Shown one piece after another: positions 39,000-47,716 of a DNA stretch of 64,000 bases. Source of the DNA: Gammaproteobacteria bacterium (GTDB taxonomy: Bacteria; Pseudomonadota; Gammaproteobacteria; JACKNK01); assembly GCA_024234955.1 (NCBI GenBank), contig JACKNK010000006.1:92771-156770 (forward strand). The letters run 5' to 3'. Made by a program: the position numbers and the translations under genes. Each line of letters opens with the position of its first letter. Position 1 is the first letter of the stretch. Under the pieces are notes generated by a model. It worked only from the letters and a program-made list of their open reading frames with translations, did not search any database and was not told the DNA's origin.

Positions 39000-41696
39000 T
39001 CAATGCACGGAAGTTAGTCCGCGACGGGAAGAGAGCAGAGCGACGTCTTTGCGGCTGGTGTTGCGGTGCAGACTATTTAGAACACCTTGCTGGGTTTCGG
39101 GTGTCCAAAAAATCCGCAGATAGTTTCGAGCGCGAGTAATTGCTGTGTAAAAGATGGCGTGAGTAATGTCGTCTTCATTGGCATCGGTGATGACGACTTT
39201 TACAGAGCCATACTCTAGCCCTTGTGCCTTGTGAATCGACACAGCGTAGGCGACCTGAAATGGAACGGATGTGTTCAGCGCGTCATCGTCCTCGTCACTT
39301 GCGTCGTAGTCATAGACAGTGAAACGAACAATCGAATCTCTAATCCAGATCAGGTCAACACCGAGGACATCAAGCTCGGTTAGTGGGCGATCGAGTTCAA
39401 CATCAAAGTTAATCCATCCGCGATCGTACTCTATACCGACGATTCGGCCCTTTAGGTTGTTATAGATAACTGGATGAAATCGCTCGGTTTCGTGGAAAAG
39501 AACGGGGTCGCCGACCTTGTACGTGTTCATGCGCCAGATGACCGCTGGGCTGTGGTTGCTACTCTGCAAAAAGCGGTTGATATTGTTAATGCCATACAAG
39601 CCGTCGTAGTTAAGGCAAAGAATAATTTCATCCTCACCTTGGGGTTCGAACAGCGACTTGTCTAGCACGGTCGAATAGCTGTTGCGAGCGATGCTCTCGG
39701 CAATGTCGTCGTCGATATTTCGAACTTTATTCCAAAAATCTAGTAGGGATGGGTTCGTGGTTCTAAAGGGTGTTGGAAGTTCGAACACAGACGAACCTGG
39801 TATGAATGAGCGCGCGATACCAAACCAGTTGCCGAACTGGATCGACTCAATTTGGTAGACATCACCGACGAGGACAAGCAATTTGAAGGAGACTTTGTTC
39901 ATAACTTTGACCAGGTCTTCATTGCTCACAGTGCTGCATTCATCAATGATGAGAAGGTCGTATTCTGAATCTGCGCCGGATCTAAAAATCTCTTTGCTGA
40001 TGGTTCGGAAAGACGAGTTTTGTGCGGTTACCTTGCGCTTAAGGTTGTCGATAGCAGGATTGGTGTGCGCGAGGAAGAGCTTTTTCTTGTCGTTGAAATA
40101 GTGCGCTATGTGGTCAACCATTGTTGACTTCCCCGTGCCCGCAGCACCGTAGATCAGGGCGACTCGTGACTGACTGAACAACAGCTTGAGCGCTTCGATC
40201 TTGGTTGGATCGTCGATCCTGTGATATGTGCCAGCGAGCCAGCGCTCAACGGCTTGTGTGTATCCGGCGACCTCAGAGGACGCGTACTCCAGAAGTTTCT
40301 CCACGATAGAAACGGTATCGTTCTCGTACCCACGTATGAAAACGTGCCCCTTGTCGAACAAAAGCTCTCGCTCCTTGTGTTTGTAGTACAGATTACCGTT
40401 GTGTGCGGAGATTAAATTGTTTACGTCGCCGTACTCATCCAAGTCGGATGCGGGCGTGTAAAGAACTCCGTGTCGCTCCACATTGTTCTTTACCCGCCGA
40501 GCCAGCAGCTCGTGATTTCGTCCGGTTATGTCAAGGCTTTCGACAAGATCCCAATATCTAGGGTTGTGCCCTGGCAACGACGTACAGAACGGCATCTTGT
40601 CAAATGGAATGCAACCGAATGGAAGCTTCAATCTGGAAAGGGAGTCGCATCCATCGCGGTGATACTGCGGTTTGAGAATTTGGTTTTGCATCCGCAGCAT
40701 GAGATAGCGAATGACGTTATGCCCCGGTACTCTGGATCTGACGATTTGGCGAGCCGCATCCAAAACGGGAAATATCGAAGGCGTGGTTACAGCTGCTGTC
40801 CCAGCGTGCCGGACGCTAATGTACGCATCGTCGGATAAATCGACAAGGTCCAACAAACTATCGGGCCCAGTTGTGAGGCTGCGCATTAAGTGACGGTACT
40901 CTTCGGAATTCGTCCGTACCTTTGTGTCTATGCCAAATAGACGTGCGAAATTGTTGAGCTCACACGGTCTGATAGAAACTTCCCATTCCCGGATTATCGT
41001 GATTGGCATCGACTGGTCTAGCACTTCGATCATGTCGCGCTGAAGCGTCAGCATGGCTGCATATTTGTCCGTCATGTCAATATGAGTGAACGCGATAATT
41101 CGATCAAACTTGTTAACTTTGTTGACCGCGCGATAAAAAGTCACCTCGTAGTAGATGCGACCGCCGACAAAAAACGGACGTGTTTTGTGAATGTAATACC
41201 GGTTGCTGGCGCTGCTGTGAAGTGAACTCGAACGTACTCGATCGATTCGCGCTGCGATCTTTTCGTGGTATTCCCGAAGGGATGGGTCTAGGTCGATCGG
41301 GAAATTTTCTAAGTTATGCAGAATCACAACTCCAAAGTCGTTTTGGAGCAAGCTGCGAAGACGGTGAAGGTATTCGTAGTATTTGAGCATCAATCGCTCA
41401 GAAGAGTCGCCATCTAAAGTGTAGTGGGACGCACTTTTCTGAATGAGTTTGTGAAATTGGCCTAGAAATCTAAATCTTGCCCTGCTTCTGACAAAAGAGA
41501 GACCAGGGCCGACAGCATCGTAGTGGAAGTCAGTATCAGATGGGCCCAGATGGATGCGAACAATCACGCCCTCAACGAGGTTGCGAAGCTGAGAAAGTAT
41601 GTTTTGGGAAAGCAATGTCCGCTGATCAGAAAGCGATTCGATGTTTCGGCATATAACCGCGTCGGCACTCTCTATCTGCTGGCTTACCGTCGTCAT
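39000..41696 (-). CDS. SF1B (RecD/Dda/TraA-like, AAA_30 + UvrD_C_2 type) helicase with ~500-aa N-terminal domain of unknown function
   Basis: C-half has Walker A 'GAAGTGKST', Walker B 'LLIIDECS', 'LVGDVYQ', 'AVSIHKAQGLEY', 'YTAITRARNYL'. The N-half has no recognised motif. The gene is clearly AT-richer than the window. Confidence 0.85.
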   Translation of the reverse strand: MTTVSQQIESADAVICRNIESLSDQRTLLSQNILSQLRNLVEGVIVRIHLGPSDTDFHYDAVGPGLSFVRSRARFRFLGQFHKLIQKSASHYTLDGDSSERLMLKYYEYLHRLRSLLQNDFGVVILHNLENFPIDLDPSLREYHEKIAARIDRVRSSSLHSSASNRYYIHKTRPFFVGGRIYYEVTFYRAVNKVNKFDRIIAFTHIDMTDKYAAMLTLQRDMIEVLDQSMPITIIREWEVSIRPCELNNFARLFGIDTKVRTNSEEYRHLMRSLTTGPDSLLDLVDLSDDAYISVRHAGTAAVTTPSIFPVLDAARQIVRSRVPGHNVIRYLMLRMQNQILKPQYHRDGCDSLSRLKLPFGCIPFDKMPFCTSLPGHNPRYWDLVESLDITGRNHELLARRVKNNVERHGVLYTPASDLDEYGDVNNLISAHNGNLYYKHKERELLFDKGHVFIRGYENDTVSIVEKLLEYASSEVAGYTQAVERWLAGTYHRIDDPTKIEALKLLFSQSRVALIYGAAGTGKSTMVDHIAHYFNDKKKLFLAHTNPAIDNLKRKVTAQNSSFRTISKEIFRSGADSEYDLLIIDECSTVSNEDLVKVMNKVSFKLLVLVGDVYQIESIQFGNWFGIARSFIPGSSVFELPTPFRTTNPSLLDFWNKVRNIDDDIAESIARNSYSTVLDKSLFEPQGEDEIILCLNYDGLYGINNINRFLQSSNHSPAVIWRMNTYKVGDPVLFHETERFHPVIYNNLKGRIVGIEYDRGWINFDVELDRPLTELDVLGVDLIWIRDSIVRFTVYDYDASDEDDDALNTSVPFQVAYAVSIHKAQGLEYGSVKVVITDANEDDITHAIFYTAITRARNYLRIFWTPETQQGVLNSLHRNTSRKDVALLSSRRGLTSVH

Positions 41697-41814
41697 CTAC
41701 TGTCAAATTCCGCTTGGGGTATAAGAATCAATTGTGCCATCGCCGCATTTCTGAGTTAAGAACGCGAGTAGAGCGCGAGGGTCAGTTCTCGCATTGTTGC
41801 GTCGCGGCATGATC

Positions 41815-42111
41815 TTACTCACCGAAATATCCGGCTTCGCTCTGATGCCTGATCGCGAGGATCAATACGGCCTCCTCGCAACGTTCGTAGCTGTACAACG
41901 CGACATAGCCCGAACGACCACGGGAAATTAGTAGTGCTCTCAATCCGTGCTCAGCGGCTCGTCCGATTAAAGGATGATTGGCAAGTACTTCAGTGGCTTC
42001 TGCGATCAGGTCCACCGTCTCGGTGACGGCCGCACGGTCGCTCTCAATGAGGAAGTCAGCAAGACATTTGGGTGCGGCGAGTGCCTGCTCGGAATAGATC
42101 AGTCGCGCCAA
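41815..42111 (-). CDS. Type II toxin, RelE/ParE family
   Basis: 'PLIGRAAEHGLRALLISRGRSGYVALYSYERCEEAVLILAIRHQSEAGY' is the ParE-like C-terminal pattern. 13-nt overlap with the upstream antitoxin. Confidence 0.75.
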   Translation of the reverse strand: MARLIYSEQALAAPKCLADFLIESDRAAVTETVDLIAEATEVLANHPLIGRAAEHGLRALLISRGRSGYVALYSYERCEEAVLILAIRHQSEAGYFGE

Positions 42112-42383
42112 GTCTTGGCCTTCGGTCTTTCTGCGGTGTCACCACTGGCGCGAGCACGCAGGTAGTCATGCACTTCGGCGGCGTCGAAGCCGGTGCCGGA
42201 TGCCAGGGTTTCTGATTCGGCCGCCAGGGCCTCGGCCATGAACTCGGCTCGTTGGGCGGCAGCCGTGGCGGCATCGCGAATAGCGCTTACCATGAATGCG
42301 TGGGGGGTGATTCCCCGAGTCTTGGCGGCTTCCGCTGCGAGTTTCTTGACGTCTTCGGGGAGCTTGAGTGAGGTGGTGGACAT
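42099..42383 (-). CDS. Ribbon-helix-helix antitoxin
   Basis: 'TSLKLPEDVKKLAAEAAKTRGITPHAFMVSAIRDA' RHH fold. Upstream of, and overlapping, the ParE-like toxin. Confidence 0.7.
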   Translation of the reverse strand: MSTTSLKLPEDVKKLAAEAAKTRGITPHAFMVSAIRDAATAAAQRAEFMAEALAAESETLASGTGFDAAEVHDYLRARASGDTAERPKAKTWRD

Positions 42384-42464
42384 GCGTGATCACCCAGTGC
42401 GTTATGGGTGTTACCAAGGTGGCACTCGTCGAAAGGCGCAGCAATTTGATGGTGTTGTCTGGCG

Positions 42465-42755
42465 TTATTCGACGTGTGGTTTGGTCGCCATATCCAGTCC
42501 TACGGCCCGCAACACGGCGAGGGTGGTTTTCAAGGTGGGGTTTCCCCTGTCGCTGAACGAGCGGTAGAGCTGTTCGCGGGACAGGCCGGTATCTCTGGCG
42601 ACCTGGGTCATGCCCTTGGCCCTAGCGACCACGCCCAGGGCCTTGGCGATGTAAGCGGCGTCACCAGTTTCGAAGGCGTCGGCCAGGAAGGTTTCGATGG
42701 CCTCCGGCGTCGTCAACGCGTCGGCGGGGTCGAAGGGGAACAGGATTTCGTTCAT
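42465..42755 (-). CDS. HigA-type addiction-module antidote protein (HTH), no cognate toxin
   Basis: 'FDPADALTTPEAIETFLADAFETGDAAYIAKALGVVARAKGMTQVARDTGLSREQLYRSFS..GNPTLKT'. Only ~80 nt separate it from hicB, leaving no room for the killer partner. Confidence 0.7.
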   Translation of the reverse strand: MNEILFPFDPADALTTPEAIETFLADAFETGDAAYIAKALGVVARAKGMTQVARDTGLSREQLYRSFSDRGNPTLKTTLAVLRAVGLDMATKPHVE

Positions 42756-42837
42756 TTCCTTTGAACTCGGTGTGGAGTTGACGCTCAGACCCGGGCGCAA
42801 GCGAGGGTGTGGGCAAGAGCGTTTGCGGAATTGGTCG

Positions 42838-43050
42838 CTACGCCGCGACCTCCACGTAGTGAACGTGGGCGCTGGGTTCCGGGATCACTTCACCGTTCTC
42901 GCGCATCCCCTCCAAGTGGAATTCGATGGCTTCGCGAATGTTGGCCTCGACTTCGTTTGGGGTGGCTCCCGTCGCGACGCATCCCGGCAAATCCGGGACG
43001 TATGCGGAGTAGTTGGTTGCGGCTTTCTCAATGACGATGGCGTATTTCAT
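42838..43050 (-). CDS. hicB: HicB-family antitoxin
   Basis: 'YAIVIEKAATNYSAYVPDLPGCVATGATPNEVEANIREAIEFHLEGM'. Confidence 0.85.
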   Translation of the reverse strand: MKYAIVIEKAATNYSAYVPDLPGCVATGATPNEVEANIREAIEFHLEGMRENGEVIPEPSAHVHYVEVAA

Positions 43051-43056
43051 GAAGCC

Positions 43057-43242
43057 TCACTTCCAGCCGGCCTGTTTGTAGATGCTGTTGACGGTGCCTG
43101 GGGCAAGATCGTCGCTGGGTTTTCCGGGGATGGTGACACGACCGGGTTTGCTCGCGTGTTTGAACTGGCGATGGCTGCCACGGGTAGCTTTCAACTCCCA
43201 GCCGTCTTCCTTGAGCATGCGTAGAACGTCTCCGACCTTCAT
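43057..43242 (-). CDS. hicA: HicA-family mRNA interferase toxin
   Basis: 'VLRMLKEDGWELKATRGSHRQFKHASKPGRVTIPGKPSDDLAPGTVNSIYKQAG'. Confidence 0.85.
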   Translation of the reverse strand: MKVGDVLRMLKEDGWELKATRGSHRQFKHASKPGRVTIPGKPSDDLAPGTVNSIYKQAGWK

Positions 43243-43371
43243 GCGCGCAGCTTAGCACCGCGTCGGTTGATGTCTCCGATTGCGTCGAGGGCTGCTTCGG
43301 TTGGCGGGTGCCTTCGATCGGGGCGTCCCTTCGACTCCGCTCAGGGGGCGCTTTGGTACTGGGGGGCGGCG

Positions 43372-46278
43372 CTATTTTTGGGCGAATACGAACTTGGGCT
43401 TCAGCCATTCCACCAGCAACGGCAGGAACAGCAACGCCAGCAGGAGGTCTAGGACCAGGGCTTCGGCGATGTAGAGGCTGACCGACCAGAGGTTGGCGAG
43501 CTGGGTGTTCATCAGGGGGATGAAGCTGGCGAGCAGGACGGCGACGGCGAGGATGATGGCGCCGCCGGTCGAGCTGAGGGTGGCTTCGAGTGCCTCTTTC
43601 CAACTGCCTTTGTGGTAGCACATCTCTTCGCGTAGGCGGGCGAGCATGTAGACGCCGTAGTCGACGCCGAGGCCCATGGCGATGCTGAGCGCGACCTGGG
43701 TGTGGAAGGCGAGGTTGGCGGACCATTCCTTGATCGCGGTCATGTAGCCGCCGAGGCCGTACTGCGTGAGCAGGGTGATGAAGCACAGCGCGATCAGGAT
43801 GCCGGCGGCGAGCCAGGAGCGGAACATGATCGCGCTCATCAGGAACACGGTGGTCGAAGTGGCCAGCGGGGCGTGTATCCATTCCTCGAAGGCGACGTCG
43901 CGGGTGGCTTCGGTGACGCCGAGGAAACCGCCCATCGCCGGGCGTGGGTCGTCCTGGGTTTCGACCGTGACGGTGTGGCCGTCGGAGGCGGTGATGCGTT
44001 CGCCGGCCTCGACGCCGAAACGCAGCTTGTCCATACCGGGGTCGTCGGCGTGGGCGAGCAGCCAGTCCTGGATGTCGCGGATGGTGCGGTGCGATTCGAC
44101 CGGGTCCATGGTGTTGACGAAGGCGACGATGACGGCCTCGTCCCAGCTGGCGGTGTTGACGAAGGCGTCCAGTTCGCCGGCGCCGGCGCTGGTGGAGAGG
44201 ATGCCGTTGTAGAGCCGCACGCTGGCGTCCGGGTCGGGCAGGTCTTCGATGTTGCCGCCGTAGTTGGCGAGGTGCGCCGCCATGTGCTCGGGCGTGGGGA
44301 TGGCGTAGAGCTCCATGTGGTGGAGCGGCGGTTCGCCGTCGGGGGCGTTGAGCATCATGTTCAGCGTCTTGACGAACTGCACGTAGGAGACGCTGAAGCC
44401 GATGTGCGGGTAGCCGCGCAGCCAGTCCTCGAAGCGGGCCAGTGCTTCCATGACCTCGGCGCTGTTGAACACGCCCTGCACCGGGTCTTCCTGTTCGTCC
44501 CAGCAGCGATCGGGGCCGATGATGCGGTCGCCGTCGGCATTCCAGGCGTCCGCGCCGCAGGGCGGCAGGGTGCCGGCCTTGGAGCGCACCACGATGTTGG
44601 CGGTGATGACGCCGGGCATCATCTCCGACAGGCTCATCAGGTCGCTGATCAGCGGGACGTCGCCGTCGCCGGTCAGCTCGCCCATCAGGGTGTGATCCTT
44701 GTAGGCGGCGCGCGGGTAGTCGATGCCCTTTTCGGCGCCCGGCATGATGTCGAACTCGTCCTGGATGCGCGCGACTTCGGGGTCAGAACGACCGGCCTCG
44801 CCGGCCAGGATGGCGCTGACGCCACGACCGAGCTGGGCCTCGTGGGCGCTGAGCCAGATCACCCCGAGCACGGCGGCGACCGGCAGCCATTTCCAGCGCC
44901 CGGTCAGCAGGCGGGTGAGGCCGCGGGCGAGGTGGATCGTCCACGGGCGCTCCTCGGCGCCGGAGTGCAGCTTGGGCGGATGCCACATCAGCACCAGCGG
45001 GATCAGCGTGGTGGTGGTGAGGATCAGCGTGGTCAGGCCGAAGATGCCGAACCACGCGTAGGCCTTGTAGAAGGAGATGTCGACGAAGGAGATCGCGACG
45101 AAGCCATGCAGGTCGGTGCCGATCGACAGCGCCGCCGGCACGATGGTGTGGCGGATGGATTCGTAGGCGGCCTTCTCGGGGTTGCCGGAGCGTTCCAGTT
45201 CCTGCAGGAAGCGGCGCGTGATCTGCATCGCGTGGCCGATGCCGATGGCGAGCAGCAGCAGCGGCGTCAGCGCCATCATGGTGGTCAGCTTGAACTGGGT
45301 GTAACCCATCAGGCCGAGCGTCAGGACGATGGTCATGCCAACGCCGAGCAGCGGCAGCAGCGCCGCGCCCCAGTGGCGGAACTGGTGGTAGAGGATCAGC
45401 AGCACGATCAGCAGGGAGATGCCGATCAGCCAGGCCTTGTCCCAGATCTCCTGCACCATCGAGGCGAGGAACCAGGGTTCGCCGGAAACCTGGAATTCGA
45501 CGCGGTCGCCGTATTCCGCCTGGTACTTCGCCAGCAGGGCCTGGGCGGATTCGACCCAGGCGACCGGCGCGTCCTTCAGCTTGTCGTTGAAGTCGCCGAT
45601 GATGAAGGTGCCGACCGCCTTGCAGTCGGTCTGCACGCGGGCGACGGTGGCCGAGTCCATCCTGCCGTTTTCGTCGAGCAGGTTGCATTTGTTTCCGTCC
45701 GCGTCGCGGTAGTAAACCAGCAGCGGTTCCATCACCAGGTGGTGTTCGAGGCCCTTGCGCAGGTATTCGATCTGGGCGTGCTGTTCCTCCGGGTCGGAGG
45801 ACAGGCCGGAGGCGGGCAGCAGGCGTTTGAAGTCGAGGCTGCCATCCTCGCTGAGACCGAGATTGCGCAGCTTGGGCGAAGGAATGCCGGCGAAATTGAC
45901 CGGCTTGGCGTAGTCCAGCTTGGCGGCATCGAGGTAGAAGTCGCGCAGCATGTTGATGAACCACGGCTGGAAGATGTCGCCGTCCTTCACGACGAAGCCC
46001 CAGACCATCAGGTTGCCCATGCCGTAGTGGCGGTCGGCGTAGAGGTTGGTGGAGATGTAGCGGTTGGACAGCGGCAGCAGCGAGTCCGGGTCGTTGCGCA
46101 GGTCGATCTTGTTGACGAACAGCGCCGCCAGCAGCGTGAACGCGAACAGGCTGAATATCAGCAGCTTGCGGTGGCTCAGCGCCCAGCGCGCGTAGGTGCC
46201 GGCCCAGTCCCGGCCGTTGGTGCGGGGTGGTTTTTCGGCGGGAGTCTGATCGCCGCCGGGGTTGACGTCCTGGCTCAC
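43372..46278 (-). CDS. RND/MMPL-superfamily transporter (12-TM, two large periplasmic loops)
   Basis: Two homologous halves, each with a TM1-loop-TM2-6 layout ('LLLLAIGIGHAMQITRRF', 'ALSIAMGLGVDYGVYMLARL' in the SSD/RND-like TM4 positions). Confidence 0.8.
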   Translation of the reverse strand: MSQDVNPGGDQTPAEKPPRTNGRDWAGTYARWALSHRKLLIFSLFAFTLLAALFVNKIDLRNDPDSLLPLSNRYISTNLYADRHYGMGNLMVWGFVVKDGDIFQPWFINMLRDFYLDAAKLDYAKPVNFAGIPSPKLRNLGLSEDGSLDFKRLLPASGLSSDPEEQHAQIEYLRKGLEHHLVMEPLLVYYRDADGNKCNLLDENGRMDSATVARVQTDCKAVGTFIIGDFNDKLKDAPVAWVESAQALLAKYQAEYGDRVEFQVSGEPWFLASMVQEIWDKAWLIGISLLIVLLILYHQFRHWGAALLPLLGVGMTIVLTLGLMGYTQFKLTTMMALTPLLLLAIGIGHAMQITRRFLQELERSGNPEKAAYESIRHTIVPAALSIGTDLHGFVAISFVDISFYKAYAWFGIFGLTTLILTTTTLIPLVLMWHPPKLHSGAEERPWTIHLARGLTRLLTGRWKWLPVAAVLGVIWLSAHEAQLGRGVSAILAGEAGRSDPEVARIQDEFDIMPGAEKGIDYPRAAYKDHTLMGELTGDGDVPLISDLMSLSEMMPGVITANIVVRSKAGTLPPCGADAWNADGDRIIGPDRCWDEQEDPVQGVFNSAEVMEALARFEDWLRGYPHIGFSVSYVQFVKTLNMMLNAPDGEPPLHHMELYAIPTPEHMAAHLANYGGNIEDLPDPDASVRLYNGILSTSAGAGELDAFVNTASWDEAVIVAFVNTMDPVESHRTIRDIQDWLLAHADDPGMDKLRFGVEAGERITASDGHTVTVETQDDPRPAMGGFLGVTEATRDVAFEEWIHAPLATSTTVFLMSAIMFRSWLAAGILIALCFITLLTQYGLGGYMTAIKEWSANLAFHTQVALSIAMGLGVDYGVYMLARLREEMCYHKGSWKEALEATLSSTGGAIILAVAVLLASFIPLMNTQLANLWSVSLYIAEALVLDLLLALLFLPLLVEWLKPKFVFAQK

Positions 46279-46282
46279 GGGA

Positions 46283-47233
46283 TCACTCGGTACCGTAGTT
46301 TTCCATCGTCTTCTCGGTCCAGAACTCGTCCGGCAGGTCGACGTCGAGGGCGATCGTGCTGCGCGGCACGAACACCATGCTGTCCTTGCCGTCGGTGTGC
46401 ATGACCGCGTAGATGAAACGCGGGTAGGTGATGCGCGGGTCCGGGCGGTCCAGCGGCTGCCAGTCGATGAAGATCGATTTCACCTTCTCGCCGTCCTTGT
46501 AATAGACGGTGCGATAGAGGGCGAAGCTCTCCTTGTCGATTTCGCTGATGTGGTAGTCGTACCACCACTTGCTGAACTTGGTGGTGCTCTTCAGCACGTA
46601 GACCGGACGGCCTTTGTGCTCGCATTGCGGCTCCGGCATGTTGAGCGTGTAACGGCCCTTCTCCGCGTCGGACAGCTCCATGACGGGCAGGCAGTCGTTG
46701 AACACCTCCTCGCCGAGCAGTTCGTGGGTTTCGTGTTCCGGGCGGCGCAGGCTGATCTCGCCGTAGGTGATGGTGGAGCCGAACCAGACGTCGTCGTGGG
46801 CCGGCTCGGAGATGCGGCGGAACTTGCGCAGCGCCGGCAGCCAAAGGGTGATGACGGAGCTGCGCGCGGTGTCCTTGTAGTTCTCCAGCATGACGCCGGC
46901 GTCCTTCGCCTTGCCGGAGGTGAGGATGGCGAGGCGGATGGATTCCAGCTCCGGGTTCGCCGGCTGGTTGTTCACGAAGGTGTCGAAGGTCTGCACGATC
47001 GGCCGTCGACCGGCGTGGCGCATCGCCAGCGGCACGCGGTTGACGATCACGGCGGACTCCTGTCCATGACGCTTGCTGACCGCATTATTGACCAGGCCGC
47101 CGTGAGTGGCGGTGTAGACCTCGCGGGCGATGGCGTCGCCGTCCATTGCCGGGGGGGCGCTCATCACCGCCGAGGCGACCAGCAGTGATGCGGTCATCAC
47201 AGGCAGGCGAAAAATCCAATGCTGGGGGATCAA
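46283..47233 (-). CDS. Outer-membrane lipoprotein-sorting (LolA-like) family protein, RND partner
   Basis: Signal peptide 'LPVMTASLLVASAVMSAPPA'. 4-nt gap to the RND gene. Size and position match the periplasmic partner commonly paired with MMPL/HpnN-like pumps. Confidence 0.6.
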   Translation of the reverse strand: MIPQHWIFRLPVMTASLLVASAVMSAPPAMDGDAIAREVYTATHGGLVNNAVSKRHGQESAVIVNRVPLAMRHAGRRPIVQTFDTFVNNQPANPELESIRLAILTSGKAKDAGVMLENYKDTARSSVITLWLPALRKFRRISEPAHDDVWFGSTITYGEISLRRPEHETHELLGEEVFNDCLPVMELSDAEKGRYTLNMPEPQCEHKGRPVYVLKSTTKFSKWWYDYHISEIDKESFALYRTVYYKDGEKVKSIFIDWQPLDRPDPRITYPRFIYAVMHTDGKDSMVFVPRSTIALDVDLPDEFWTEKTMENYGTE

Positions 47234-47360
47234 TGGCGCTCTCCTCTCCCATGCCCGGTTTCGGCTGGGTGAATTCTTATTATTGCCGTAGCGACAGCGT
47301 TCTTCCGGCCCTCGATTTGCAGATACCGAATCGAACCGATGCGGGACACAACATACCCAC

Positions 47361-47527
47361 TAAGTAACCTCTGATTGAATCAGAGGCTCCCTAAGCGTAC
47401 TCGGCCCGGAACGGTACGCCATTCCGGATCGCACCCTGGATCAAACCGGTCGAGCGCAGGATGGACACCTAAGGAACCTCTGATTGAATCAGGCACGGTT
47501 CAGCTGAATGATTCGATCAGAGGTTCC
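47361..47527. repeat. Two palindromic elements sharing the termini of the 16130 MITE
   Basis: 'ctaagtAACCTCTGATTGAATCAGAGGCTccctaag' (47361-47395) and 'ctaagGAACCTCTGATTGAATCAGG...CTGAATGATTCGATCAGAGGTTCCctaaat' (47468-47532). Confidence 0.6.
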
Positions 47528-47716
47528 CTAAATATCGACCGGGAAAGGCACCGCGCTGTCGGCGCTGATACTTTCGCTGGGAGTGATCGGTTTGACCGGC
47601 TCCGGGGCCTTGGGAGGCGGATCGGCGGCCAATACCATGCCCGCAAACAGGCTGGCAAACAGGCTGGCAAACAGGCCGCCCATGACGATCCGCAGCGGAC
47701 CTTGATCAGTAAACAT
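47528..47716 (-). CDS. Possible small membrane protein (62 aa)
   Basis: 'GGLFASLFASLFAGMVLAA' hydrophobic segment generated by a 12-nt x3 tandem repeat. ATG overlaps the end of the FHA-FGE gene by 11 nt. No homology evidence. Confidence 0.3.
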   Translation of the reverse strand: MFTDQGPLRIVMGGLFASLFASLFAGMVLAADPPPKAPEPVKPITPSESISADSAVPFPVDI

